Source of the DNA: an uncultured Alphaproteobacteria bacterium
GTDB lineage: Bacteria; Pseudomonadota; Alphaproteobacteria; Rs-D84
Direction: 5' to 3'
Assembly (NCBI GenBank): GCA_944392815.1
Contig: CALXXY010000001.1
Coordinates: 205,237 to 269,236 of the forward strand
DNA: 64,000 nt
Below, one piece after another: positions 52,058-62,523 of the stretch; the first letter of the stretch is position 1; each line of letters opens with the position of its first letter. The translations under genes and the position numbers were made by a program. The notes beneath the pieces are model-generated. The model was given only the letters and a program-made list of their open reading frames with translations, was not told the DNA's origin and made no database searches.

Positions 52058-54529
52058 ATGAACAAGTTAAAAAAGCAATTTTCTGATTTGCGGAAAAATA
52101 CGCCCAAACATATCCAGTGGTTGTTGCTGGCGGCGGCATTTGTTGTTGTGCTGATTTTGCTGACGCTGTTGCTGACCCACAGCGAAGAAGAAAAACTGGA
52201 AAACGCGGACGAAATAAAAATCAACCTGAACATAACGCCCGACACAATTGATTGGGCAAATGTGATTGTTGGGGAATCTGAATCCGACACAATTAAGATT
52301 TCCGCCAGTGCGCCCGTTAAAATCATGGAAATTCGCCGGGACGATGATGTGCCGGGACTGGCCGCGCCCCAGGAAACATGCACCAGTTTAAGCCAGGTCG
52401 ATTCCGATATTTCATGTTCTGTGGTGTTGAATTATGCGCCAACCGCGGCGGCCGACGCCCAGGCAACTGAACTGTACATTGATTGGCGCGGTGTTAATGA
52501 GCCAGATATTATGAAAAACACCAGCAAAATCGTGTTGGTGTTGGGTGCGAAAAATCCTGAATTACCAGAACCGGAACCTGTTGTGATTCCCGAACCGGAA
52601 CCCGAACCCATGCCGGAACCGGCCCCCGCGCCTGTGGTCGAACCCACAACATATCAACAGGAAATTAAAAACGATTTGGACGCAATTGCACCGGCGGACG
52701 ATTTTCTGTTTTACGATGATGTGGAACCTGAACCCGTGATAACAACCACAGTGGACGAACCCGATTATGTTCGCCCGCCCGAGGCATGTTCTGATTTCGC
52801 AATGCCGGCGTATAATCTGTCGGGGGTGCAAAGTGGTTGGATTCGCCCCAGTGGTGGTGCGTATTATTTCCACCCGTTTTCTGATACCACATGCAGCAAC
52901 CCGACCGGTACATACAACCCGGACAATGGGATTATTACCGATATCAATAATCCTGGGCAGAAAATTGGTACAGACGCGGAACATATTGGATATACAACCA
53001 TACAAAATGGCACACTGCCGCAGTTGTCGAACCCGGCATCTGTTGGCACATCGTCTGGTGGGCGTGCACGTCAGGCAACAGATGAAGAATTGGGATTGGG
53101 CGGAACCATTTCCCCTATTCCACAAGATGACAAGGAAGTTGGACTGTATCTGACCCCGGCGCCGGCACCCGATGTACTTGTTGGCACAAGCAGTTCCACA
53201 GCGGTATATTCATCAGATCCATTCGACAGAAAATTTGTGTTGCGCCAGTATAAACCTATTCCGGCAACAATCGTATCCGAGGTTCGTGCCGACCCATCAT
53301 TATATAACTGCAATGGTAATACCTGTAATAATAAAACTCTGCCCGTGCGTGCAACTGTTGATCGCAACGTTTATGCCGACGATGGCCGTACTGTTGTAAT
53401 ACCAACCGGAACCTTGATGTTGGGGTATGTGACGGGTGAATTACCGGGCCCGTATCAAACAGTGGGACGTATGAATATTGAATGGTATCAGTTTATATTG
53501 CCCAGTGGCGTTGAATTTAATTTCCATGGCGAGGCACCATTTTCAGCCGATTCCCAGGGACGCGTGGGCGTGCCAGGGCACGGCAGCACCGATTATGTTG
53601 AACAATTGGTTATGCCTATGTTGACCGCGATTGTTCCGGCGGCGGTTAATATGATTGCACCAATTGCCGACACATTTGTTAATCAAATTGATTTGGATAA
53701 TAACACAGTTGTGCAAAGTGGAACTGTGCGGTCGTCTGAGTTGGCAAAACAGGAACTTATTACTGCATGGAATCAGGTTGCGCAAAAATTGCTGGTTGAC
53801 GCAATGGATAATACTGTTCCACCGTTTTCCATCGCCGCCGGCACACGTATAACTGTGTATTCGCCAAGCGATTTGGTTATTACATGCGGCAACGATAACA
53901 GCAAAGAGTGTTCAGTGCAAAATGTACAAAAGGCATCAAATACCGAGGATCCACGCAACCAAAGAAACGAAGGGTGGCGCGATAGACCATTGACAGTGGA
54001 TTATGCTGATCCGTCATGGGTTGGCCAGGTACGCTCGTTTGATTTAAGTGACTTTTGCACCAATCAAACAGACGATGGTTTATGGGATATTGATGAAAAT
54101 CAGCTGAATAAGATTATGCAATCGGGGTATGATTACAGAACTGTGTTGGCATATTGTCAATCAATGAATTACCAGGCAATCAGCAATGCACAACAGGATG
54201 CACTGTATCAAGACCAGCAAAAACAGTTCCAGGCCAATTATGGTACAGTCAATTCCAATGCGGGTGGTATAACAGGCATAAGTGGAAATCAGGCGTATAA
54301 CGAAGATATCCTGGGGCTTACATATGATGACAGTGGCGCGATTCAAAATCCATTTGAAAGCACCACGTCCACCGAGACTGCACCAGTCGAAAATGTTATC
54401 ACATGCGAAGGTGGCGCGTTGCCCGACGAATACGGTTGCTGTCCGGGTGAAATTTACACCGATATGGGTGAACAAGGTTTCAACTGTTGCCCCGAGGGCG
54501 GCGGTGACTGTTTCCCACCGATACAGTAA
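52058..54529 (+). CDS. virB10: VirB10/TrbI-like protein with extra N-terminal and Cys-rich C-terminal domains
   Basis: TM anchor, Pro/Glu linker, TrbI core 'IPATIVSEV', 'VRATVDRNVY..DGRTVVIPTGT', 'DSQGRVGVPG', 'PPFSIAAGTRITV'. Confidence 0.82.
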   Translation: MNKLKKQFSDLRKNTPKHIQWLLLAAAFVVVLILLTLLLTHSEEEKLENADEIKINLNITPDTIDWANVIVGESESDTIKISASAPVKIMEIRRDDDVPGLAAPQETCTSLSQVDSDISCSVVLNYAPTAAADAQATELYIDWRGVNEPDIMKNTSKIVLVLGAKNPELPEPEPVVIPEPEPEPMPEPAPAPVVEPTTYQQEIKNDLDAIAPADDFLFYDDVEPEPVITTTVDEPDYVRPPEACSDFAMPAYNLSGVQSGWIRPSGGAYYFHPFSDTTCSNPTGTYNPDNGIITDINNPGQKIGTDAEHIGYTTIQNGTLPQLSNPASVGTSSGGRARQATDEELGLGGTISPIPQDDKEVGLYLTPAPAPDVLVGTSSSTAVYSSDPFDRKFVLRQYKPIPATIVSEVRADPSLYNCNGNTCNNKTLPVRATVDRNVYADDGRTVVIPTGTLMLGYVTGELPGPYQTVGRMNIEWYQFILPSGVEFNFHGEAPFSADSQGRVGVPGHGSTDYVEQLVMPMLTAIVPAAVNMIAPIADTFVNQIDLDNNTVVQSGTVRSSELAKQELITAWNQVAQKLLVDAMDNTVPPFSIAAGTRITVYSPSDLVITCGNDNSKECSVQNVQKASNTEDPRNQRNEGWRDRPLTVDYADPSWVGQVRSFDLSDFCTNQTDDGLWDIDENQLNKIMQSGYDYRTVLAYCQSMNYQAISNAQQDALYQDQQKQFQANYGTVNSNAGGITGISGNQAYNEDILGLTYDDSGAIQNPFESTTSTETAPVENVITCEGGALPDEYGCCPGEIYTDMGEQGFNCCPEGGGDCFPPIQ

Positions 54530-54537
54530 TTTATGAT

Positions 54538-54563
54538 TTGCCCCCGCGTTGCGGGGGCTTTTA
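54538..54563 (+). terminator. Intrinsic terminator after virB10
   Basis: GCCCCCGC-GTT-GCGGGGGC followed by TTTT. Confidence 0.7.
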
Positions 54564-54825
54564 ATTATGCCATTGGGTTGAAATAATGGGGGTGTGCACT
54601 ATAAATAAAATTGATATTACAATTATGCGCGCATTGGCGCGCTGTTTTTTTGTTATGTGGCGACATTTTTACATTTTGTCGATTCGCATGACAAAGAAAG
54701 AATTCCTGCGACGAATCGAATTTCCGATTCGACATTCAACCAAGGGTTGTAATGTTTTACAGGGTCAAATAATTTTTCTATACATATTATCACAAAACAA
54801 TTTGATATAAACCAAGGAGGGAAAA

Positions 54826-55179
54826 ATGACAAAACAAAACATTCAAACAGTCACTTCTAATGTTGAAAAATTTCAAAATGCCGAACAATTATGGTTCTGG
54901 TTTTTGTATTCTAAATCCGTGCAAAATGGTTTTGCGCATAACCGCGGAATTTCCGCGCGTCGTGTGTGCGAAGTGTTGGACGTGGAAACATTAATTACCA
55001 AACTGTATTTATCGGGCAAATTGACCGACGCGCAGTTGGCTGTGATGAAAAAATTCGGCGACCGTCGCCGCGCCCCACATCAGTATATTTGGGCTGAAAA
55101 TCGCGCTGCGGCGTTATGGCGCAGTGCCATGGACGTCATTGCCACTGCGGCCAATGCCAACGGTTGGATAGAACAATAA
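54826..55179 (+). CDS. Hypothetical protein
   Basis: RBS AAGGAGG; 117 aa with 'FQNAEQLWFWF'. Confidence 0.65.
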   Translation: MTKQNIQTVTSNVEKFQNAEQLWFWFLYSKSVQNGFAHNRGISARRVCEVLDVETLITKLYLSGKLTDAQLAVMKKFGDRRRAPHQYIWAENRAAALWRSAMDVIATAANANGWIEQ

Positions 55180-55263
55180 TCGGGCAACGCCGTAATTATT
55201 GTCCGCGCGCCTGTGCGGATTTTTTATTTGCGAATTATCATACGTAAAACTGTGGGGGATTTC

Positions 55264-55623
55264 ATGATTATTGGATTTTCACCAAATTCATCGCGGATTA
55301 TTCCGCGAATTTTTTGCAGACATATACGGCACTGCGCGCCAATTATACGTGTTGCGCCCGGACGATACATTATGTATCAATTCATTCACAGGCACCACAT
55401 TGCGTTGATATATTTAACCCCGCATGCGATTGGATTGCTGCGTGGTGGGGGCTGGCGTTTTATAGACGTGCCCTGTGCGTTCCCGCGTGATTTTATGCGC
55501 GGGGCGCGCGCATGTTTATCGTGTGTGGAATTCAGCAAACACGCCATTGGACTGCGTGCGTGGTATATAATTACGCCGTGGGCATTGTATAAAAAAGCGC
55601 GCCGTTTGGCGCGCCGGGTTTAA
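55264..55623 (+). CDS. Hypothetical protein
   Basis: ATG at 55264 after GGGGGA; 'IRHCAP', 'SCVEFSKHAIG', 'TPWALYK'. Confidence 0.5.
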   Translation: MIIGFSPNSSRIIPRIFCRHIRHCAPIIRVAPGRYIMYQFIHRHHIALIYLTPHAIGLLRGGGWRFIDVPCAFPRDFMRGARACLSCVEFSKHAIGLRAWYIITPWALYKKARRLARRV

Positions 55624-57194
55624 GAATTGCGGGTGATTCTTTTTATATAATACATTTGACCCAGTCCGAATATATTTGACACAGTCCAATACAAAACCAA
55701 TCCGGCCGGCATCCACGCAAACATAACCGTGAACAACAGCGGCATCCATTTCATCATTTTTTGCGTTTGTGCCACTGCGTCATTTGTTTGCGGGCCATTG
55801 GCGGCCGTTTGCATGTGCTGTTGCAACCACATTGTCACACCCATTAATATCGGCAATATAAAATATGGATCCATTGATGCCAAATCAGATATCCACAGAA
55901 AATGTGCGCTGCGCATTTGAACCGATATCAATAACGCTTTGTATAATGCAAAGAAAATCGGAATCTGAATCAACATAGGCAGGCACCCGGACATGGGCGA
56001 CGTTTTGTTCGTCTGATACAGGCGCATGATTTCCATTTGCATGCGGGCCTTGTCATTGGCGTACAGTTTTTGAATGCGCGCCATTTCCGGCTGCATTTTC
56101 TGCATGGCCATCATTGATACGTACGATTTGCGGGTCAATGGCCACATTGCCAAACGCAGCAACAATGTCATTACTATTATCGCCACGCCATAATTCATAA
56201 CAAATGAATTCAGCACATGCAGCAACCACAAAATCGGGCGAACAAAGAACCAAAACCAACCATAATCAACCGTTTCGTCCAGTCCCGTAATTTGTTGCGA
56301 TGCCGCGTCCAATATGCGGTGGTCGCGCGGACCCATATACAAATGTGTTGTGATGGTGGTGGCGGCGCCCGCGGCAATCTGGACAGGGGCGGCGGCGCTG
56401 TCCGCCTGGTACAAATCGCCAACAGATTTCACGCGCATTGTTTGATCTGGACTGGTCAGGGATAATACCGTTTCCCAATACTGATCAACAAATCCAACAA
56501 ATCCATTTTCTGTTGAATATGCAAATGATTTTTTAGCCAGGCGGGGCCAATCTTCGTGTTCCAAATCAGCGTTCACGTATGCGACCGAACCGCTGTATAC
56601 GCCGGCCGATGATTCCATATCGTTCGCGCGCTGAATTTCCGCATACGGTGCAATGGATATCGCGTTTTTGGTATTATTTTTAATTGTGTCGGCCACAGAT
56701 ATAACATATCCATCAACCGTGATTGTACGGTTAAATTCCACGCCATCAGAATTGCGCCATGTGTATGTATTATCGTTCTGTTTCCACACAGTTGTCTGCG
56801 TTGGGACATCTGTGCCATTTGCAATCATACCAACCAACGCGTATGCATTATCCGACCCCAGCAATACAACCGGACCCGATTCATCATCTGATGCGTCGGC
56901 GGCATATTTTAACAGTTTTACATCGGATATACGCAGGCCCTGGACCGTGGCAGTTAAATTTTCAGAAGAAATTTCAGATGTTGGCACGGCCGATATATCA
57001 ACCAATTCCTGGGTTGGTTCTGTGTTTGCTGTTTGTGTGTTTTGCGGCGCAATCCACCATGACATTAACCACCACGCGGCCAAAAACAATATAAACCACC
57101 ACAATATCCCGCCCAGGCGTGATTTTTTATTTTTCGCGTCACGCGCAGCGTTCCACTGCTGAAAACCAGAATTATTATTTATATATTTTACCAT
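55620..57194 (-). CDS. yidC: Membrane protein insertase YidC
   Basis: 'VDYGWFWF', 'NYGVAII', 'GCLPMLIQIPIFFALY', 'WISDL..DPYFILP', 'PAGLVLYW'. Confidence 0.96.
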   Translation of the reverse strand: MVKYINNNSGFQQWNAARDAKNKKSRLGGILWWFILFLAAWWLMSWWIAPQNTQTANTEPTQELVDISAVPTSEISSENLTATVQGLRISDVKLLKYAADASDDESGPVVLLGSDNAYALVGMIANGTDVPTQTTVWKQNDNTYTWRNSDGVEFNRTITVDGYVISVADTIKNNTKNAISIAPYAEIQRANDMESSAGVYSGSVAYVNADLEHEDWPRLAKKSFAYSTENGFVGFVDQYWETVLSLTSPDQTMRVKSVGDLYQADSAAAPVQIAAGAATTITTHLYMGPRDHRILDAASQQITGLDETVDYGWFWFFVRPILWLLHVLNSFVMNYGVAIIVMTLLLRLAMWPLTRKSYVSMMAMQKMQPEMARIQKLYANDKARMQMEIMRLYQTNKTSPMSGCLPMLIQIPIFFALYKALLISVQMRSAHFLWISDLASMDPYFILPILMGVTMWLQQHMQTAANGPQTNDAVAQTQKMMKWMPLLFTVMFAWMPAGLVLYWTVSNIFGLGQMYYIKRITRNS

Positions 57195-57196
57195 GA

Positions 57197-57742
57197 TTAT
57201 TTTCCATTTTTATTTGATTCAACCGAACGAACACAACGACGACGCGCAATAATAACACTGATAATCAACCATGCCACGCCGATTACTATGCACATGTCCG
57301 CCACATTAAACGCGGGCCAATGCCACCCACCCACATGAAAATCCAGAAAATCTATGACCGCACCGAACCGAATTCTGTCGATAACATTGCCAATCGCGCC
57401 GCCCACTATCAGTGCCAACGGGGCACGTTCGTATTTTGGCGCACGCGCAAACAGGTAATATGTGATGAATCCAATTATGAATCCAGTCGCAATTATAATC
57501 ACCAATGGCGCAGATTCGCCCAGCGCACGCAACATAGAAAACGATGCGCCCGGATTCCACGTAAACACCACATTGAATATATCACAAACATATGCCATTA
57601 AATATGGTACCGGCACCAAATCCCATGCCGCGCCGTATAACGGAACTGTGCCCGTGATTAAATACAGCAATGTGCCCTTGGTCAATTGGTCGACAAAAAT
57701 AGCCGCCAAAATAATCGCGATATATTTCCAAATTTTTTTCAT
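57197..57742 (-). CDS. lspA: Lipoprotein signal peptidase
   Basis: 'DQLTK', 'NPGASFS', 'GGAIGNVIDR', 'VIDF', 'FNVAD'. Confidence 0.95.
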   Translation of the reverse strand: MKKIWKYIAIILAAIFVDQLTKGTLLYLITGTVPLYGAAWDLVPVPYLMAYVCDIFNVVFTWNPGASFSMLRALGESAPLVIIIATGFIIGFITYYLFARAPKYERAPLALIVGGAIGNVIDRIRFGAVIDFLDFHVGGWHWPAFNVADMCIVIGVAWLIISVIIARRRCVRSVESNKNGK

Positions 57743-57796
57743 TATAACAGTCCTGTTTTGTGAAATATAACAGTACGCGCATATAAAATCAAATAT

Positions 57797-59503
57797 TTAG
57801 TTTTTGTCGGCAATTGTTTTGCCAACGCCCGCATAGTTATCTGCGCGCAAATCTGATAACAAATTATTTATCTTATGTTCGGAAATCCCCAAATGCGTCA
57901 ATAATCCCGAAGCCAGCATAAACGATGATTCTATGGTTTCAGGCAATGCCTGGGTCACGCCATGTTTTAACAATTCGCGCGTGTCGGCCAAATTACGTGC
58001 CCGGGCAAATATTTTCACACGTGGGGCAATATTGCGCACCGTTAATATCGTATCACGCGCCGTTGATACATTGTCCAAAGCAATCACAACCGCACGTGTG
58101 CGCCGCGGCGACAGCCCAAATTCACGCATCACAGAATCATTTGATGTGTTTCCATACACTACATTAAATCCACGTTCACGCCCCAGCATGACCGCATTTA
58201 CGTCCAAATCTATGGCTATATAAGGAATATTTTCCGCTGTCAGCATTTCCGCAATAATTTGCCCCACACGGCCAAAGCCGCATATCACAACCGCAGGTTT
58301 TGCGTTGCTGTGTTTATCTGCCATCGACTGCATGGGATATTTCGATAAAATTTTGCCGCGTCTGCGTAATACATCAAATACAGCCAATAATATAGGCGTC
58401 ATCATAATCGATACGATTATGATTGCGGTTAAAATTTCCTGGTGCGCCTGGGGCAGCGCGTCCATGCCGGCGGATTTCATGGTTTGCAACATCAGCAACC
58501 CAAATTCCCCGCCCTGGGCCAATATCAGCGCAATCATTGACGCGTCCGGCACAGATACATGGCGCACGCGCGCAACCATGAATATCGCCCAGAATTTCAC
58601 AACTATTAATCCAATCACACCGGCCAAAATAATATACCAATTTTGACCCAATAACGGCAGATTTAATCCCATACCCAATGTTATGAAAAAGAATGCCAAA
58701 AACAGCATCGAATACGGCGAAATTTCTGCGCTGACCTGGTGCCGATATATTGTTTCAGACAACAACATACCCGCCAAAAACGCGCCCAAACCGGCCGGCA
58801 ATCCAATCAATTCCATGCCAACTGCGCCAATCGTTATCATCAACAAAATAGTCAACAGGAACGCTTCGCGGGATTTCAAACGCGCGACCAGGCGCATTAT
58901 CGGATTTAATAAAAATCTGCCTATGACAACGACGCCCAGTATCAATGCGATTGACAGCACCAAAATATCAATTGCGGTTGCGCCCAGATTAAAACTTTTC
59001 CCGGCAAATACCGGCAACATGGCCAGCAATGGAATGGACAGTAAATCCTGGAACAACAAAATTGAAAATGTTTGACGGCCCATGTTGGTGTTTAACTGGT
59101 TTCTGTCGGTTAATAATTGCATGTCCGCAGATGTACTGGACATCGCCAGCAACAGCGCAACCATTATGCACCCCAGCATTGACCATGGGATCACGCCCGC
59201 CAATATCGGAAACAACATAACCGCAACCATTAATACCTGGGCCGCACCAAAACCGAATATAGTGTGGCGCATTTCCCACAGGCGGTGCATATTTATCCCC
59301 AACCCCAAATTAAACCATAAAAATAATATGCCCAAATTCCCCAGAAACGACCATGTGTCAGATAACTGAAATAAATTCAACACATACGGTCCGGAAATAA
59401 TGCCCGCAAATAAAAATGCAACCAGTGCACCTATGCGGGCGGCGCGCAGCATGCACACCAATACAAACAATATTGCCAAAAATATTAATATTGCTGGGGT
59501 CAT
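57797..59503 (-). CDS. Kef-type K+/H+ antiporter (CPA2) with TrkA-N domain
   Basis: 'ILLFQDL', 'LGAFLAG', 'LAQGGEF', 'ICGFGRVGQ'. Confidence 0.9.
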   Translation of the reverse strand: MTPAILIFLAILFVLVCMLRAARIGALVAFLFAGIISGPYVLNLFQLSDTWSFLGNLGILFLWFNLGLGINMHRLWEMRHTIFGFGAAQVLMVAVMLFPILAGVIPWSMLGCIMVALLLAMSSTSADMQLLTDRNQLNTNMGRQTFSILLFQDLLSIPLLAMLPVFAGKSFNLGATAIDILVLSIALILGVVVIGRFLLNPIMRLVARLKSREAFLLTILLMITIGAVGMELIGLPAGLGAFLAGMLLSETIYRHQVSAEISPYSMLFLAFFFITLGMGLNLPLLGQNWYIILAGVIGLIVVKFWAIFMVARVRHVSVPDASMIALILAQGGEFGLLMLQTMKSAGMDALPQAHQEILTAIIIVSIMMTPILLAVFDVLRRRGKILSKYPMQSMADKHSNAKPAVVICGFGRVGQIIAEMLTAENIPYIAIDLDVNAVMLGRERGFNVVYGNTSNDSVMREFGLSPRRTRAVVIALDNVSTARDTILTVRNIAPRVKIFARARNLADTRELLKHGVTQALPETIESSFMLASGLLTHLGISEHKINNLLSDLRADNYAGVGKTIADKN

Positions 59504-59533
59504 TCTCTCTGTCCGGTTTGTATCACAGTTATA

Positions 59534-60367
59534 TTATATCAAATCGCGTGCCAATTGTGCAAATGTTTCCGGTGATAATTCTTCGGCGCGCTGGGTACCA
59601 GTTAAATTATATTTTGCCCAATCAACGTTTGGAATTATTCCGCGTATCATTTTACGGCGATGTCCAAACAATAACGCTGTGATTTTTTCAATATTTTCCA
59701 CGTTGTGCAGTTTGGCAATTTTTTGCGCGTTTGGAATAATTTGCACCACAGCACTTTGCACACGTGGGCGCGGAACAAACGCAGTATTTGGGACATCAAA
59801 CAAAATTCGCGCATCGGCAATCAATGATGTCAGCACCGCCAGGCGACCATAATGTTCGTCACGCGGGCGCGCTGTGATACGGAACGCAACCTCGCGCTGG
59901 AACATTAATGTCATGGACGTAATTTTTTCGCCGTGCGCAATGCGCAACAACCAACGAATTAATAATTCAGTCCCAACATTATACGGCAAATTTGCACATA
60001 TGGCATATTCATCAATCCCCAGCGCACGAAAATCCACGTTCAATGCGTCATCATAAATAACAGTTAATCGGCCGTCTGCAGCGGATACAATTTCGTCCAA
60101 AATCGGCGCGGTGGTCGTATCTTTTTCCACGGCAATCACACGGCGGGCACCCGCCATTAACAACGCACGCGTCAGGCCGCCTGGGCCGGGGCCAACCTCG
60201 ATAACAGTGCTGTGGGAAATGTTGGGAACACTGCGGGCAATGCGACCAGTCAGGTTTAAATCAAACAAAAAATTTTGGCCGAATTGTTTTTTTGCAGTCA
60301 TGCCGGCGGCACGCATCATTTCTGATACTGGTGGCAAAGATTGTATTTTGTCGTGTTCGTGTATCAT
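59534..60367 (-). CDS. rsmA: 16S rRNA dimethyladenosine transferase
   Basis: 'FGQNFL', 'EVGPGPGGLT', 'ANLPYNV', 'MFQREVA'. Confidence 0.96.
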   Translation of the reverse strand: MIHEHDKIQSLPPVSEMMRAAGMTAKKQFGQNFLFDLNLTGRIARSVPNISHSTVIEVGPGPGGLTRALLMAGARRVIAVEKDTTTAPILDEIVSAADGRLTVIYDDALNVDFRALGIDEYAICANLPYNVGTELLIRWLLRIAHGEKITSMTLMFQREVAFRITARPRDEHYGRLAVLTSLIADARILFDVPNTAFVPRPRVQSAVVQIIPNAQKIAKLHNVENIEKITALLFGHRRKMIRGIIPNVDWAKYNLTGTQRAEELSPETFAQLARDLI

Positions 60368-60960
60368 AACTCGCGCCGGCCCCCAAATGCCAAAGATAAT
60401 GTCCCGTCGTCCAAATAATCCAAATCGCCGCCCAATGGAACGCCCGATGCCAATTCCGAAAATTTTACGTCCTGGGTGGTGCCGATTATGGACATAACAT
60501 AGTGCTGGGTGGTTTTGCCCTCGACCGTGTTGGGTAATGCAAAAATGATTTCTGTGATATGTTCATCGCGTATGCGATCCGACAAATTTGCAATATGTAA
60601 ATCGTCCGGTGTGGTGCCCGCCACCCCAGACAGCAATCCGCCCAAAATGTGATAGCGTCCATGAAATATCGCAGATTTTTCCAACGTCCACACATCAGCC
60701 AAATCACGCACCAGACACAATTGCCCATTCGCACGCGACGCGTCACGGCAAAATTCACACGTGGTGGTGGCGTCCGTCAACACGCCGCACGTCGGGCACG
60801 GACGAATTGTTGCCGCAGCGTCCAGCAACGCATTGGCCAGGTTTTCCGCACGACCCGATTTATCCTGCAGCAACGATAAAACTATACGTCCCGCGGCACG
60901 CGACCCCAGTCGCGGCAGACGTGCGAATTGTTTAATTAAACGGTCTATTTTCGGATTCAT
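60364..60960 (-). CDS. recR: Recombination mediator RecR
   Basis: 'LPRLGSRAA', C4 Zn finger, 'YHILGG', 'GVPLGGDLDYLD'. Confidence 0.95.
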   Translation of the reverse strand: MNPKIDRLIKQFARLPRLGSRAAGRIVLSLLQDKSGRAENLANALLDAAATIRPCPTCGVLTDATTTCEFCRDASRANGQLCLVRDLADVWTLEKSAIFHGRYHILGGLLSGVAGTTPDDLHIANLSDRIRDEHITEIIFALPNTVEGKTTQHYVMSIIGTTQDVKFSELASGVPLGGDLDYLDDGTLSLAFGGRREL

Positions 60961-60984
60961 TGTTTAATTTTGCCCCAATCCCCA

Positions 60985-62178
60985 TTAATGAAAAACATAA
61001 CAATCAATACCTGCATTTTGTGCACGTGTGCGAATATTCTGGGCGGCGGATTCAGACAAATTATTTGCACGCACACGGAACATGCCGTTTGGCGCAGTTT
61101 CTATGACCGCAGTCACTCCCAAAGTATTTTTAACATTATTAACCTGGGTCATGGCGGCATCGCGTGATGAAAATGCCCCAAACTGGACCCCTGCATTACC
61201 GGGCGCGTTGTTTGATACATCTGCGCGTGGCGCGGGTTGCGCGGTTGCAGCGTTGTATGCCGCGGCAAATGTTGTTGGTGCACCGGCCGGCGCACTGTAT
61301 GTGGCCACAGGTTGCGGCGCGGGTGCAGGTGCGGGCTGAGGCACAGGTGCGTAATATGTTGTGGCCGTGGTTGTTGGTGTGTTATTTTTTACCATATCAA
61401 AACCGCGATTCAACATATTTGTCGCAACATTGGCACGAACATCTTTGCTTTCTGCGCCCAGTACAACCGCGATTAAATGATGTCCGTCGCGGTTGGCGGT
61501 TGCAACCAACGAATACCGCGATTTACGTGTGTATCCAGTTTTCATACCGTCACAGCCGGGATATGTACCCAACAATCTGTTCCCGTTGGTATACGTTTTG
61601 CCGTTATAAGTCCATGTTTTAATTCCGAAATATTTCCAGTATTGTGGGAAATGTTTATATACCGCCATCGACAGCAACGCTATGTCCCGCGCGGTCGACA
61701 TATGATCGTCATTCGGCAATCCAGATGAATTTTCAAAATTAGTCCCCGACAATCCAATTTCCCTGGCGACGCGTGTCATTAAATCGGCAAAGGTTCCCTC
61801 GCGTCCACCCTTTAGATTTTCGGCCAAAACGCGCGCGACATCATTTGCACTTAACACCGTCAGGGCGCGTATTGCATCTTCGACCCGGATTTTACTGCCC
61901 GCGGCCAGACCCAATTTTACAGGTTCTGCGGCAGCCGCTGATTTAGACACGATTAAATAATCGTCCAAATGCAACCGCCCATGTTCCAGTGCATCAAACG
62001 TTAAATATAACGTCATGATTTTTGTTAAACTGGCGGGATAATTGGGGACAGTGGCGTTTTCCTGATATAATACGCGGCCGCTGTCCATATCGGCCACCAG
62101 CACCGCACGATACGGCGCCGCCACCGCCGCGGTGACAGACATAATACATGCAAAAATTGTGGTTAAAAATCCCTTCAT
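60985..62178 (-). CDS. D-alanyl-D-alanine carboxypeptidase (S11) with C-terminal SPOR domain
   Basis: 'PASLTKIMT', 'SAND', 'GMKTG'; tail 'VQFGAFSSRDAA...FRVR'. Confidence 0.9.
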   Translation of the reverse strand: MKGFLTTIFACIMSVTAAVAAPYRAVLVADMDSGRVLYQENATVPNYPASLTKIMTLYLTFDALEHGRLHLDDYLIVSKSAAAAEPVKLGLAAGSKIRVEDAIRALTVLSANDVARVLAENLKGGREGTFADLMTRVAREIGLSGTNFENSSGLPNDDHMSTARDIALLSMAVYKHFPQYWKYFGIKTWTYNGKTYTNGNRLLGTYPGCDGMKTGYTRKSRYSLVATANRDGHHLIAVVLGAESKDVRANVATNMLNRGFDMVKNNTPTTTATTYYAPVPQPAPAPAPQPVATYSAPAGAPTTFAAAYNAATAQPAPRADVSNNAPGNAGVQFGAFSSRDAAMTQVNNVKNTLGVTAVIETAPNGMFRVRANNLSESAAQNIRTRAQNAGIDCYVFH

Positions 62179-62233
62179 TTCGAAAAATATTCTAGTAAAA
62201 AAATACGGTGCGGGTCAACAGATTAAAAACACC

Positions 62234-62499
62234 TTGAAAAGATTTAATGTCTGGTATAGCATTGTGGTGAGTATTGATGGATACGATATTCAGGGACATA
62301 AGCAATCCCATAAACACAACGGCGCTATGCGCTTGTAATCCGTCAATATATGACTTGGGTCATGTATTGTCTCCTCGTCCTGATATGGTCGGGGAGCTGT
62401 CGGTTATAAAACAGGCAAACGCCAAAGGCCGACAGGGTCATTTTGTGTTATGATTTGCTTAACTCCCCGACCGTCAATAATTTGACGGTTTGTTTTTTT
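62234..62499 (+). ncRNA. Promoter + structured leader (c4/CI antisense-RNA-like architecture) with terminator, upstream of licD
   Basis: TTGAAA-17-TAGCAT promoter; stem 62272-62282/62338-62348; stem 62387-62396/62463-62472; terminator 62470-62499. Confidence 0.55.
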
Positions 62500-62523
62500 A
62501 AAAAACAAAAAAGGACAAAAGCA

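Noticed and set aside
49801-54529. Conjugative element integrated at tRNA-Trp
   Set aside because: The virB genes lie on the 5' side of the tRNA while the duplicated 3' end is on the other side; no integrase, relaxase or compositional shift.
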